The notes under the pieces are model-generated. The model ran no database searches. It was given only the letters and a program-made list of their open reading frames with translations, and was not told where the DNA came from. A program made the translations under genes and the position numbers. Below are positions 10,798 through 19,896 of a stretch of DNA of 53,017 nt, piece by piece (position 1 is the stretch's first letter; every line of letters starts with the position of its first letter). Source of the stretch: Eubacteriales bacterium. GTDB lineage: Bacteria > Bacillota > Clostridia > Oscillospirales > CAG-272. The stretch is taken from assembly GCA_045649645.1 (NCBI GenBank), contig JAZRQH010000166.1, forward strand, positions 1-53,017. The letters are read 5' to 3'.

Positions 10798-12744
10798 ATG
10801 TTTAAGGTTGATTATTCCCCTGATAACGGCGGACTTTGCTCTCTCGTTATCTGCGGTGACGGATATGAAATGAACTGGGTCGAGGGTGAAAAGACCTTCG
10901 GTGTACCTTATATCGAGCTCCAGACACAGTTCAACCGCTTTGAGGGACTTACACTCGAATCGGTAGATATTAACGGCGACAGCTGCAATGCTGTATATTC
11001 AAATCACTATGTCAAGGTAGAAGTTAAAAGACGCAACGCAGAGCGTTACAGCGAAAAATATTCTATTACCAATATCTGTGCAAACGAGATATTCTTCCCG
11101 ATGGACCGTACCGGCATCGATATGCCCTTTAACGACAACTATGAGGACGCTGAGACCTGCCTTACCAAAAGGTGTAATACTCATATATGGTGCGGCGAGA
11201 ACTCTGCGTACGTTATGGCGCTTCGTATGGGCGCAAGCGAGCTCAACGTCGGTATGTGCGTGACTAAAGGCAGTATTGGCGGATATACCCAGACTACTCC
11301 CGCATATGCTAAGAACGACCGCGGCGATTTTACTCTCAATTTCACACCCTTCTCCCTTTTACCCGGTGAGACCTATGAGTTTTCCCACGAAATGTTCGTG
11401 TTCTCCGACAGAGATGATTTCTATGCCAAGGCGAGAGAGTATGAAAGCTTCATTGACGTTACAATGAATCACCAGACGGTTTTCGTCGGCGAAAAGCTTA
11501 TTATAAAGGCGAAGGCTCACGACAGAATAAGAAGATATTCTGTTTCTGTGGGAGAAGCAAGAGTTAGAGGTAACCTTCTTACTGTTGAATATACCCCCGA
11601 TACAGCAGGTGAGATCAGATTTGATATAGAGATCAATGGAATCAAGACTCACGCCCTTGTTTACGTTTCTCCCGCTCTTGATGAGCTTATTGAAAAAAGA
11701 ATAGACTTTATTGTCAATAAACAGCAGTATTTCAAAAAGGGAAGCGCTCTTGACGGAGCGTATCTGCTTTACGATAACGAGACCGAGTCTATGTACTTCA
11801 ACAATATGGTTGCCGATCATAACGCCAGCCGTGAAAGGCTTGGTATGGGTATCGTTATTTCTAAGTACCTTCAGAAGCACAAAAATGCTAAGTTCTACAA
11901 TTCTCTGATGGAGTATACTGAATTCGTTTTCAGAGAGTTTGCTGATTGGGAAAGCGGACAGGTATATGATACCATCGGCAAGGATGCTACTCAGGTAAGA
12001 CTTTATAACGCTCCCTGGGTATGCGTATTCTGCTGCGAGCTTTATAATCTGACCTCTGACAGGGAATACCTTGAGGTAATGTTCCGCGTTATGAAGCATT
12101 ATTACGAAAACGGCGGAGACAAGTTCTATCCTAACGGAATCTCGATAGCAGAGCCGGTAAAACTGTTACGTAAGGCAAAGATGACAAGCCTTGCGGATAA
12201 GCTGTATGTGTATGCAAAGCAGCATACCGATAATATGATCTCCTTTGGCGGTAAGTATCCCAAGCACGAGGTAGACTACGAACAGACCATAGTAACCCCC
12301 GCAGTTACCTTCATGCTTCAGCTATATGAGCTGACAGGAGATGAGGTGTATCTTGATAACGCAAAGATACACTGCGAAAATCTCGTTCGCTTTGATTCTC
12401 TTGCTCCCGATTATCATCTCTACGAAACACCTATAAGACATTGGGATGACTATTGGTTTGGCAAGGAGCAGACCTTTGGAGACACTTTCCCTCATTACTG
12501 GAGCGTTTTGTCCGGCTGGGCGTATTTCCTTATGGGTAAAGCAGACAAGGCTAAAAACTATCTGAAAATGGCTGAGGACAACATCCGTAACTGTCTGTGT
12601 CTCTTTAGCCCTGAGGGCAGAGGCTATTGTGCATATCTGTACGCCGACCGTATAGGTAAAAAACGCGGAAAAATTTTTGACGCTTATGCAAACGATCAGG
12701 ATTTCGCACTATACTTTGCGATGAAGCTTTTTGAAAGGAAATAG
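10798..12744 (+). CDS. uncharacterised 648-aa cytoplasmic protein (beta-rich N-terminal half, helix-repeat C-terminal half)
   Basis: Long ORF with normal codon usage and no signal peptide. The start lies 2 nt after the upstream stop. No family recognised with certainty. An alpha/alpha-toroid (six-hairpin glycosidase-like) guess for the C-terminal half is only an impression. Confidence 0.6.
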   Translation: MFKVDYSPDNGGLCSLVICGDGYEMNWVEGEKTFGVPYIELQTQFNRFEGLTLESVDINGDSCNAVYSNHYVKVEVKRRNAERYSEKYSITNICANEIFFPMDRTGIDMPFNDNYEDAETCLTKRCNTHIWCGENSAYVMALRMGASELNVGMCVTKGSIGGYTQTTPAYAKNDRGDFTLNFTPFSLLPGETYEFSHEMFVFSDRDDFYAKAREYESFIDVTMNHQTVFVGEKLIIKAKAHDRIRRYSVSVGEARVRGNLLTVEYTPDTAGEIRFDIEINGIKTHALVYVSPALDELIEKRIDFIVNKQQYFKKGSALDGAYLLYDNETESMYFNNMVADHNASRERLGMGIVISKYLQKHKNAKFYNSLMEYTEFVFREFADWESGQVYDTIGKDATQVRLYNAPWVCVFCCELYNLTSDREYLEVMFRVMKHYYENGGDKFYPNGISIAEPVKLLRKAKMTSLADKLYVYAKQHTDNMISFGGKYPKHEVDYEQTIVTPAVTFMLQLYELTGDEVYLDNAKIHCENLVRFDSLAPDYHLYETPIRHWDDYWFGKEQTFGDTFPHYWSVLSGWAYFLMGKADKAKNYLKMAEDNIRNCLCLFSPEGRGYCAYLYADRIGKKRGKIFDAYANDQDFALYFAMKLFERK

Positions 12745-12746
12745 AA

Positions 12747-13910
12747 ATGAAGGATCCTAAAATATATCTTGCTATTGATAACTGCTTCGGCTCCAAGCGT
12801 TGGACCGAGCCACGAGAATGGATGGACACCATAAAGGATCTCGGTGTGTATTACGTCGAGGCCAGTGCCGATACCGAATGTGACCCCCTGTATATGGGTG
12901 ACGAGTATATGAAGAACTGGGTGGATAAGGTGCATACCGCATCCCAAGAAACCGGAGTCAAGGTTGCCAATCTCTACTCGGGACACGGTACCTATGCAAC
13001 ACTTGGTCTTGCTCACACCGATGCAGGCGTAAGGAGCAGATTCTTAAACGATTGGCTCAAGCCTATGGTCAAACAGGCAAAGTCTGTTGGTGCAGGCTTG
13101 GGATTCTTCTGCCATGCCTTTTCCGACAGTGTTCTTCAGGATGCAGAACGCTATGTTGAGTTTAAAGAAAATCTCATAAACGATCTTGCAGATCTTGCAG
13201 CATACGCCAAGTCCGTTGACTGCGGTCCTATAGGTGTTGAGCAGATGTATTCTCCTCATCAGATACCATGGACCGTGGACGGTGCATATGAAATAATGAG
13301 CGAGATCTATAAGCGCAGCAATGCACCTTTCTATATTACGATCGACGTAGGTCATCAGAGTGGGCAGCGTAAGTTCCTCAGACTCTCAAGAGAAGAGATA
13401 GCCGAGGCACATAAAAAGTGGCTTGACGGCGATAAGCTTTCTACACTTTGGCTCGGTACCGTCAAAGCGTTTGATATCTTTGAAAATGCAACCGAGATGA
13501 CCGACGAGGTCCTTGATGCCATTGAAGCTGAGATGGATGCTCATGAATATATGTTTGCTCCCTATAAGGACGGAGATCCTTACGAGTGGCTCGAAAAGCT
13601 TGGTGGGTACTCTCCTATAGTACATCTTCAGCAGACTAACGGAACATCATCCGGACATCAGCCCTTTACCAAGGAATGTAACGAAAAGGGAATAATTAAG
13701 GGTGAAAAGGTAATCGAAGCATTGAAAAAAGCATATGCAGCATCAGATGATGCTGATATGCCTGATAAGTGTGATGAAATTATGCTTACCCTTGAACCCT
13801 TTACGGGTACTGCCGATATCAACCGTGCCGCTCTTTCAAGGCTTCGCGAGACAGTGGAATACTGGAGACAGTTTATACCTCGCGACGGTATGAGATTAAG
13901 TGAATTATAA
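12747..13910 (+). CDS. xylose isomerase-like TIM-barrel protein (sugar phosphate isomerase/epimerase superfamily)
   Basis: 387 aa. YLAIDNCFGSKRWTEPREW, ITIDVGHQ and IVHLQQTNG resemble the AP-endonuclease-2/xylose-isomerase-like TIM barrel family. The start lies 2 nt after the upstream stop, with AAAGGAA RBS. Confidence 0.65.
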   Translation: MKDPKIYLAIDNCFGSKRWTEPREWMDTIKDLGVYYVEASADTECDPLYMGDEYMKNWVDKVHTASQETGVKVANLYSGHGTYATLGLAHTDAGVRSRFLNDWLKPMVKQAKSVGAGLGFFCHAFSDSVLQDAERYVEFKENLINDLADLAAYAKSVDCGPIGVEQMYSPHQIPWTVDGAYEIMSEIYKRSNAPFYITIDVGHQSGQRKFLRLSREEIAEAHKKWLDGDKLSTLWLGTVKAFDIFENATEMTDEVLDAIEAEMDAHEYMFAPYKDGDPYEWLEKLGGYSPIVHLQQTNGTSSGHQPFTKECNEKGIIKGEKVIEALKKAYAASDDADMPDKCDEIMLTLEPFTGTADINRAALSRLRETVEYWRQFIPRDGMRLSEL

Positions 13911-13915
13911 AAAAA

Positions 13916-13942
13916 TTAAAGGCTCTCAACGAGAGCCTTTAA
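13916..13942. terminator. bidirectional rho-independent terminator between convergent genes
   Basis: TTAAAGGCTCTC-AAC-GAGAGCCTTTAA flanked by A-run and T-rich sequence. It overlaps the stop codon of the minus-strand gene. Confidence 0.8.
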
Positions 13943-15117
13943 TTAATTTCCTGTAATTTTTCAAGATTCCATGCAACCGATTCGGGGTCTGCCTTGATGA
14001 TATATGCGGTTGAACGGTTTGCGTCGCCATCTACGCTGTCAAATACGATATCACCGCTGACACCTTCATATTCGATATTGGATAGTGCAAGGCGAATAGC
14101 CGCAGGGTCTGCAGAGTTAGCTTTCTTGATAGCTTCAACAGCAACGTTATAAGCATCGAATCCGAGCACGCTTACTGCGGAAATGGTATCGTTTCCACCG
14201 TTAAGCTCAAGACATTCGTTGTTCTTGTTGATATACTTCTTGAATTTCTTTTCAAAGCCTTCGTTGCCGCCCTCGTGATAATGAGAGGAAACGTAGAGCT
14301 GAATATCGGTACCCTTAACGGCATCAAGCAGCTTGTTGTCGTCAAGCGTATCTGAGCCTAATACGGGAATATCGATGCCGAGGCTCGAAGCCTGTTCAAT
14401 GATCTGAGTAGCATATGCGATAGAAACGGGAATAAAGATCACGTCAGCGTCGTTTTCACGGGCTTTTTCGAGATAAGCAGTGAAATCCGAGTTGTGCTCA
14501 GGGAAGGAATCCTTGATTACCTGACCGCCTCTTGCGATGAACTCCTGCTCGAAGTAAACGATAAGACCCTGGTCGTATTCGTTACCAGCTTCACCCAAGA
14601 GATATGCCTTCTTTGCACCGAATTTTTCTGAAGCAAAGCTTGCAAGAGTGGTAGCCTGGAAGGGATCCTCATAACAGATTCTGAAATAGTGGTCGTTACC
14701 CATTGTAACGTAGATATTGGTACAGGATGCACCGATTATGGGTATACCTGCGCTTTGGAACTTATCCGAAGCCGCTATAGAAACGTTAGAGCCGTAAGAG
14801 CCTATTGCCAGGGAAATATCGGATTTGATAAGCTTATCGGCTGCTTCAAGAGCCGTCTCGGGATCGGAGGCGTTATCTGCATACTCAAGCTCTATCTTAT
14901 AGGTTTCACCCATTATATCAACTGTAGGTGTGAGGTGGTTTGCATATGCAATGCCCAGAGCTTCCTTTTTACCGCCGGAGGCAGAATAGCCGGAAGTAGG
15001 CTCAAAAACTCCTATTTTAATCACCTTATCGTCGGATACGGTCTTCTTTGTGCCGCAACCCGCAAAGGCAGACAAAATCATAATGAAAACAAGCAATACT
15101 GCTATGTATCTCTTCAT
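13939..15117 (-). CDS. ABC transporter substrate-binding lipoprotein, LivJ/branched-chain amino acid-binding type (no cognate permease adjacent)
   Basis: Lipobox (LVFIMILSAFAGCG). Periplasmic-binding-protein type I pattern (IKIGVFEPTSGYSASGGK, IIGASCTN, DVIFIPV). ATG 15117 with GGAGG RBS is preferred over TTG 15129. Confidence 0.8.
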   Translation of the reverse strand: MKRYIAVLLVFIMILSAFAGCGTKKTVSDDKVIKIGVFEPTSGYSASGGKKEALGIAYANHLTPTVDIMGETYKIELEYADNASDPETALEAADKLIKSDISLAIGSYGSNVSIAASDKFQSAGIPIIGASCTNIYVTMGNDHYFRICYEDPFQATTLASFASEKFGAKKAYLLGEAGNEYDQGLIVYFEQEFIARGGQVIKDSFPEHNSDFTAYLEKARENDADVIFIPVSIAYATQIIEQASSLGIDIPVLGSDTLDDNKLLDAVKGTDIQLYVSSHYHEGGNEGFEKKFKKYINKNNECLELNGGNDTISAVSVLGFDAYNVAVEAIKKANSADPAAIRLALSNIEYEGVSGDIVFDSVDGDANRSTAYIIKADPESVAWNLEKLQEIN

Positions 15118-15146
15118 TTCATCCTCCAAAAACTATATATATAAAT

Positions 15147-15175
15147 ATTATAAAACAAATAATTATTATCGTCAA
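15147..15175 (-). promoter_or_regulatory. sigma-A type promoter candidate TTGACG-17-TATAAT (minus strand) for the binding-protein gene
   Basis: The reverse complement of 15147-15175 reads TTGACG, a 17-nt spacer, then TATAAT. Confidence 0.5.
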
Positions 15176-15204
15176 TGGGGTACCGGCATTTTTTCAATAA
15201 AATA

Positions 15205-15233
15205 TTGATTTAAAAAAAGAAACGTGGTATTAT
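15205..15233 (+). promoter_or_regulatory. sigma-A type promoter candidate TTGATT-17-TATTAT with TG extension, for the GH13 gene
   Basis: TTGATT at 15205-15210 and GTGGTATTAT ending at 15233. Confidence 0.5.
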
Positions 15234-15259
15234 ATATACAGTAAATTCAGGAGGAAGTT

Positions 15260-16846
15260 ATGAAGGATTGGTATAAAGAAGCGGTGGTGTATCAGATATA
15301 CCCCAAGAGCTTTTGCGATACAGACGGAGACGGTATAGGAGATATACCCGGAATCATATCAAAGCTTGATTATTTAAAGGAGCTTGGTGTCAACACAGTA
15401 TGGCTCTCGCCATGCTACGTTTCGCCGGGTGACGACAACGGGTATGATATAGCTGATTACAGAATGATAGATCCCGTATACGGCACAATGGACGATTTTA
15501 AGCATATGCTTGATGAGATGCACAAGCGCGGAATACGTCTTCTTATGGATCTTGTCGTCAATCATACCTCCGATGAGCATCAGTGGTTTATTGAGAGCAA
15601 AAAGGGTAAGGATAACCCTTACCGTGATTACTATATCTGGAAGGATCCCGTTGACGGACATGAGCCCAACGGATGGAAGTCCAATTTCGGGGGCTCGGCA
15701 TGGGAATTCGACGAAGCAAGCGGACAGTATTATCTACACCTGTATTCCAAAAAACAGCCCGACCTTAACTGGGAAAACGAAAAGGTTCGCCGTGAGATAG
15801 TCGATATGATCAACTATTGGCTTGATATGGGTGTTGACGGGTTCAGATGCGACGTTATCAACTCTATATCAAAGGACTTTACACAGGAGATACCGGGCGA
15901 CGGACCCAGACTTCACGAGTACATAAATTTACTTAACAGAGAGTGCTTTGCACCCCATAACGCAATGACTGTCGGTGAGGTATGGGGCTTGACTCCAGAG
16001 CAGTCTCTTATGCTTACCGATCCCAAAAGAAATGAGCTCAGCATCGCGTTCCAGTTTGACCACATGTCGGTAGGCAGAAACGGCGGACGCTTTTATCTGT
16101 GTGATTTTGAGCCCGAAAAGTTTATGGAGCATCTGTTCAGATGGCAGGACGGTCTTATGGATAAAGGCTGGAATGCGATCTGTATAGAAAATCACGATCA
16201 GCCCAGAGCCCTCAACAGATATGCTGATTTTGACAATTACAGATACGAGGCTGCAACAATGCTCGGAACTATTGAGCTTTGTCTGCAGGGTACTCCCTTT
16301 ATCTATCAAGGGCAGGAGATAGGACTTATCAATCCCACCTTCGATTCTCTTGAGGAATGCCGCGATATCGAGGCTATTAACGCTTATCCCGAGCTGATAG
16401 AGAAATTCAGTGAGGAAAAGGTTATGGAGCTCTTTTCCAAGGACAGCCGTGACTGCGGCAGAGCGCCTATTCCTTGGAATTCCTCTGAGAACGGCGGATT
16501 TACCACAGGCACACCCTGGCTCAAGCTCCAGGATAAATACGACTGCATAAACGTTGAAGCTGATCGTAGTGCCCAAAAGTCGGTATTTAAATATTACAAA
16601 AAGCTTATTAATCTTCACCTTAACAATAAGACGTTACTTTACGGAAAGTTCGGCAGAGAATACAACAAGGGTCCTGTATCCGTATTCTCAAGGTACGATG
16701 ATAGCGATACCGTACTTGTTATATGCAATTTTTCAAACGAGGAGCAAAAGTTTGACTTTGGATACAGAGAGCTTATCTTATCAAACTACGGCGACGTTGA
16801 ATTTAACGGTACCTTACCTCCATATGCGGCTCTTATCGTCAGATAA
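15260..16846 (+). CDS. GH13 alpha-glucosidase / oligo-1,6-glucosidase family
   Basis: WYKEAVVYQIYPKSFCDTDGDGIGD, DLVVNHTSDEH, GVDGFRCDVIN, GEVW and ENHDQPR are the classical GH13 conserved regions. No signal peptide. Confidence 0.9.
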   Translation: MKDWYKEAVVYQIYPKSFCDTDGDGIGDIPGIISKLDYLKELGVNTVWLSPCYVSPGDDNGYDIADYRMIDPVYGTMDDFKHMLDEMHKRGIRLLMDLVVNHTSDEHQWFIESKKGKDNPYRDYYIWKDPVDGHEPNGWKSNFGGSAWEFDEASGQYYLHLYSKKQPDLNWENEKVRREIVDMINYWLDMGVDGFRCDVINSISKDFTQEIPGDGPRLHEYINLLNRECFAPHNAMTVGEVWGLTPEQSLMLTDPKRNELSIAFQFDHMSVGRNGGRFYLCDFEPEKFMEHLFRWQDGLMDKGWNAICIENHDQPRALNRYADFDNYRYEAATMLGTIELCLQGTPFIYQGQEIGLINPTFDSLEECRDIEAINAYPELIEKFSEEKVMELFSKDSRDCGRAPIPWNSSENGGFTTGTPWLKLQDKYDCINVEADRSAQKSVFKYYKKLINLHLNNKTLLYGKFGREYNKGPVSVFSRYDDSDTVLVICNFSNEEQKFDFGYRELILSNYGDVEFNGTLPPYAALIVR

Positions 16847-18218
16847 ATGAATATACGGTCTTTTCGGCTTCCTTTTCTACAGTCTCCATGCTGTTGGTAG
16901 CCGAAAAGATCTTTTTCATTGTATTTTGCAATAGCTTGGCATAGGTCTTTTTGTCATGGCGGTATATCCCGAGAGCATCCCAAAGGGAGTATAACATATC
17001 CTTTTGTGTTTTGGGATCAAAGGTAAATCCGTTACCCTCAAGAGTCAGCTTGTTGAAGTATGTGAAGCCGTGGTCAAAGAATCGGTGGTAGGGAAGGATC
17101 GGAATGCAACCGTATGCTGCTGAAATTAATGCAGGATTACCGCAAGGTGAACGCAAGCCTCCGAAAATACATAAATCTGAAGCGGAAAATATATTTTTCA
17201 AGGTTTCGGCGCTGTTGTCCCGTATACAAATGCATTTTTCGGGCAAGGCGTTTATCGCAGAGGATGAAATACTGTCCGATATCAGTATCAGCTGTATATC
17301 GCACCGTAGAAGTTCTCTTATATACTTGCTGTAAATATCCTTGTTTGTGTCAGGATACAGCGCAACAAGGGGAATATCTGCGTTTTCGTTCAGATACAGA
17401 TATCTCTGGACATACAGCTTGTTTTCGGTTTTGCTGTTTATATCCGAGGATGTGTAGTTTCTGTGTATATCGGTATCATCCTCCGGTGAAAATTCCGAGT
17501 AGTCTATACCCAATCGCAGCTTACGTATCTTGAATCCGAACTGAACTGCGGTATGGTGAATATCATTGTGCTGATCGTATAATATGTCGAGGGCGTTTTC
17601 TCCGACGAACACTCTTGATGCGCATATGATAGCGGCTTTGGTCAGGTTTACCTCGTTTTTGCATAAAAGTATATGCTTATCCTCAGGGGAAAGACCAAAA
17701 ACCGAACTTACCGTTGAACGGTCGAATATTCCGTAGTCGCTACTGTTGACAAAATGGAAGGTCTTGATGTCTCTGAAGGTGGAATATATATTATATTTGA
17801 ATTTCATAAGCACGGGTATCAAAGCAGTGTTAGGCGAGTCGCTCAGTATATATTCGGTTTGGATCTCGGATTGTAATAACAGCTTCAGAGCTGCAGTGCA
17901 GAAAACACAGCCTCTCAGTGCGTCGTCGTGATACCCCCAGGCTTTTTCTCTTGCAAACAGTCTGTTGTTGGATAAAAAGTAATACCTTACACCCTCCCTT
18001 TCAGCATAGAACAGATCGATGGTAAAATCAGCCTGCGGTACGCTGACCTTGTATGATCCTTGGTGCTTGAAAGCTTCTTTTGTGTCCGAATATATTTTTT
18101 CGTAGAAGGGAAGAATTACGTTTACGTTGTGTCCTCTTTGGCTGAGGGCTTTCGCTATTGCTACGGTTGGGACGGTTTTCGGTATATATGAGGCGTCGCT
18201 GATTATCGTAATATTCAT
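16839..18218 (-). CDS. glycogen/starch synthase-like GT5 protein with degenerate catalytic motifs
   Basis: 459 aa alignable by eye to GlgA (ILPFYEKIY, ...SPCGNPALISAAYGCIPIL). However KTGGL is KTVPT, FEPCG is RSPCG and the second TGGL motif is absent. Confidence 0.7.
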   Translation of the reverse strand: MNITIISDASYIPKTVPTVAIAKALSQRGHNVNVILPFYEKIYSDTKEAFKHQGSYKVSVPQADFTIDLFYAEREGVRYYFLSNNRLFAREKAWGYHDDALRGCVFCTAALKLLLQSEIQTEYILSDSPNTALIPVLMKFKYNIYSTFRDIKTFHFVNSSDYGIFDRSTVSSVFGLSPEDKHILLCKNEVNLTKAAIICASRVFVGENALDILYDQHNDIHHTAVQFGFKIRKLRLGIDYSEFSPEDDTDIHRNYTSSDINSKTENKLYVQRYLYLNENADIPLVALYPDTNKDIYSKYIRELLRCDIQLILISDSISSSAINALPEKCICIRDNSAETLKNIFSASDLCIFGGLRSPCGNPALISAAYGCIPILPYHRFFDHGFTYFNKLTLEGNGFTFDPKTQKDMLYSLWDALGIYRHDKKTYAKLLQNTMKKIFSATNSMETVEKEAEKTVYSFI

Positions 18219-18267
18219 TTCAATATCAATTCCTTTATATTTTTGTTTATTATATAATGTCTTAAAT

Positions 18268-18320
18268 GCGAAAAAAGAAGAAAAAGCAATGCTTTAGATT
18301 GCTTTTTCTTCTTTTTGCAT
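18268..18320 (-). terminator. long-stem terminator of spoIIID (stem includes last codons of the gene)
   Basis: Roughly 20-bp inverted repeat GAAAAAAGAAGAAAAAGCAAT / ATTGCTTTTTCTTCTTTTTGC around a 5-7 nt loop. Confidence 0.65.
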
Positions 18321-18566
18321 GCAAAATTTTTTACGCGTTGCCTCTCCTCCGCGGAGGTGTCTTTCGGCTTTGTTTTGTTCCAGAACCTTTTTGGTTTTTG
18401 TATATAAGGTGTAGTTTGATTCTTTTAGCTTTTCGGTTATATCCTTATGTACGGTGGATTTGCTTATGCCAAACGCCGCAGCACAGCTTCGCACGGTTGA
18501 GTTGTGCTCGATCATATACTCAGCCAGAAGCTCGCATCTTGGCTTGATTTCAAAGTTATCTATCAT
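18294..18566 (-). CDS. spoIIID: stage III sporulation protein D (mother-cell transcription factor)
   Basis: 90 aa. TVRSCAAAFGISKSTVHKDITEKL (HTH) and RHLRGGEATRKKF match B. subtilis SpoIIID closely. Confidence 0.95.
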   Translation of the reverse strand: MIDNFEIKPRCELLAEYMIEHNSTVRSCAAAFGISKSTVHKDITEKLKESNYTLYTKTKKVLEQNKAERHLRGGEATRKKFCMQKEEKAI

Positions 18567-18596
18567 TCATGCACCGACCTTGTGTTTAGTTGTTAC

Positions 18597-18626
18597 ATTA
18601 TATGATAGATGTTTATTGATTATTTC
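18597..18626 (-). promoter_or_regulatory. possible sigma-E type promoter for spoIIID (GAAATAAT-14-CATATAAT)
   Basis: On the minus strand, CATATAAT matches the remembered sigma-E -10 consensus CATACAAT at 7 of 8 positions, with an A/T-rich -35-like element 14 nt upstream. Confidence 0.35.
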
Positions 18627-18639
18627 AAACGAAGAATAA

Positions 18640-19896
18640 TTATTCGGCTGTGATGGTCTCGGAGTCGGCGGATACGGGATTTACCTTAATAAGCTTGCCG
18701 GTGAGATCTGCGTCCGATCTGAACTTATACTCAACGTAATTGTCGCTGTGACCTGTATTGATACCGTTCTTATAGGTCTCAAACAGTACGGGAACGTCCT
18801 TTCTGTTTAACTCCTTTGCCAGTAGCTCTGCCTTGATCTCGGTCTGCAGAGCATCAAGCTCAGCTGATCTTTCGTTTTTGATATTTTCGGGGATCTGATC
18901 CTTCATCTCGGCTGCCACAGTCATGGGACGCTTGGAGTATGTGAATATATGCGCGTGCAGGAATCGGTTTCTCTGTAAAAATTCCTTTGTTTCTTTAAAT
19001 TCGGTGTCGGTTTCTCCCGGAAAGCCTACGATTATATCGCAGGTAAGCTGCAGATAAGGAATATGCTTCTTCAAAAGACCGATACTTTTCTCCAGCATTT
19101 TTACGTTGTATTTTCTTCTCATTCGGTTAAGCACGGTTGTGCATCCGCTCTGTACCGAGATATGAAAATGGGGAGTGAGCTTATTGATGCACGATAGTTT
19201 TTTAGCAAAGTCTTCGGTAATCAAGGTAGGCTCAAGAGAACCTAAGGATATACGTTCTATTCCCTCGATTCCGTTAATTTCTGCCAAAAGAGAAGCAAGG
19301 TCGCATTCGTAAGAGGCGATCTCAATACCTGTCAGTATGACCTCCTTGACCCCGTTTGCCGCAAGGTGCTTTACCTCTTCTATTACAGTTTCTCTTGGCT
19401 TTGAACGTATAGGACCTCTTGCTCTGGGAATAACACAGTAAGCGCACTTACCCTCACAGCCGTCCTGTATCTTGATATATTCTCTTGCTCTTGTGGGCTT
19501 GGTCAAGCTGTAATTTTCGTATTCGGAATCGCCAAAGTCCTCTACCTTGACACAGCTGCTACTTGCACATACTGAAGAGAGTACGTCGTATAACTTCTGT
19601 TTGTTTCCGACTATATGGTCGGCATCCCCCAATGAGCTAACCTCGTCGGGAGATATCTGTGCAAAGCAGCCGGTTACTATTACCTTTGCTTCAGGGTTCA
19701 GCTTTTTTGCGCGGCGTATCATCTGTCTTGATTTTCGCACGCTTTCGGCTGTTACTGCACAGCTGTTGATTATATATATATCGCATGCGGATGAAAAGGG
19801 AAGCTCACAAAATCCCTTTTCGGTAAGCTTTTCTGCGATAACTCTGCTTTCATATTGATTGACTCTGCAACCAAGCGTATAGATACCAAAGGTCAT
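18640..19896 (-). CDS. mtaB: tRNA (N6-threonylcarbamoyladenosine) methylthiotransferase, MiaB-like radical SAM enzyme
   Basis: N-terminal UPF0004 domain (YTLGCRVNQYES, three Cys), radical SAM CxxxCxxC (CEGKCAYCVIP), and C-terminal TRAM-like domain. 418 aa. Confidence 0.88.
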   Translation of the reverse strand: MTFGIYTLGCRVNQYESRVIAEKLTEKGFCELPFSSACDIYIINSCAVTAESVRKSRQMIRRAKKLNPEAKVIVTGCFAQISPDEVSSLGDADHIVGNKQKLYDVLSSVCASSSCVKVEDFGDSEYENYSLTKPTRAREYIKIQDGCEGKCAYCVIPRARGPIRSKPRETVIEEVKHLAANGVKEVILTGIEIASYECDLASLLAEINGIEGIERISLGSLEPTLITEDFAKKLSCINKLTPHFHISVQSGCTTVLNRMRRKYNVKMLEKSIGLLKKHIPYLQLTCDIIVGFPGETDTEFKETKEFLQRNRFLHAHIFTYSKRPMTVAAEMKDQIPENIKNERSAELDALQTEIKAELLAKELNRKDVPVLFETYKNGINTGHSDNYVEYKFRSDADLTGKLIKVNPVSADSETITAE

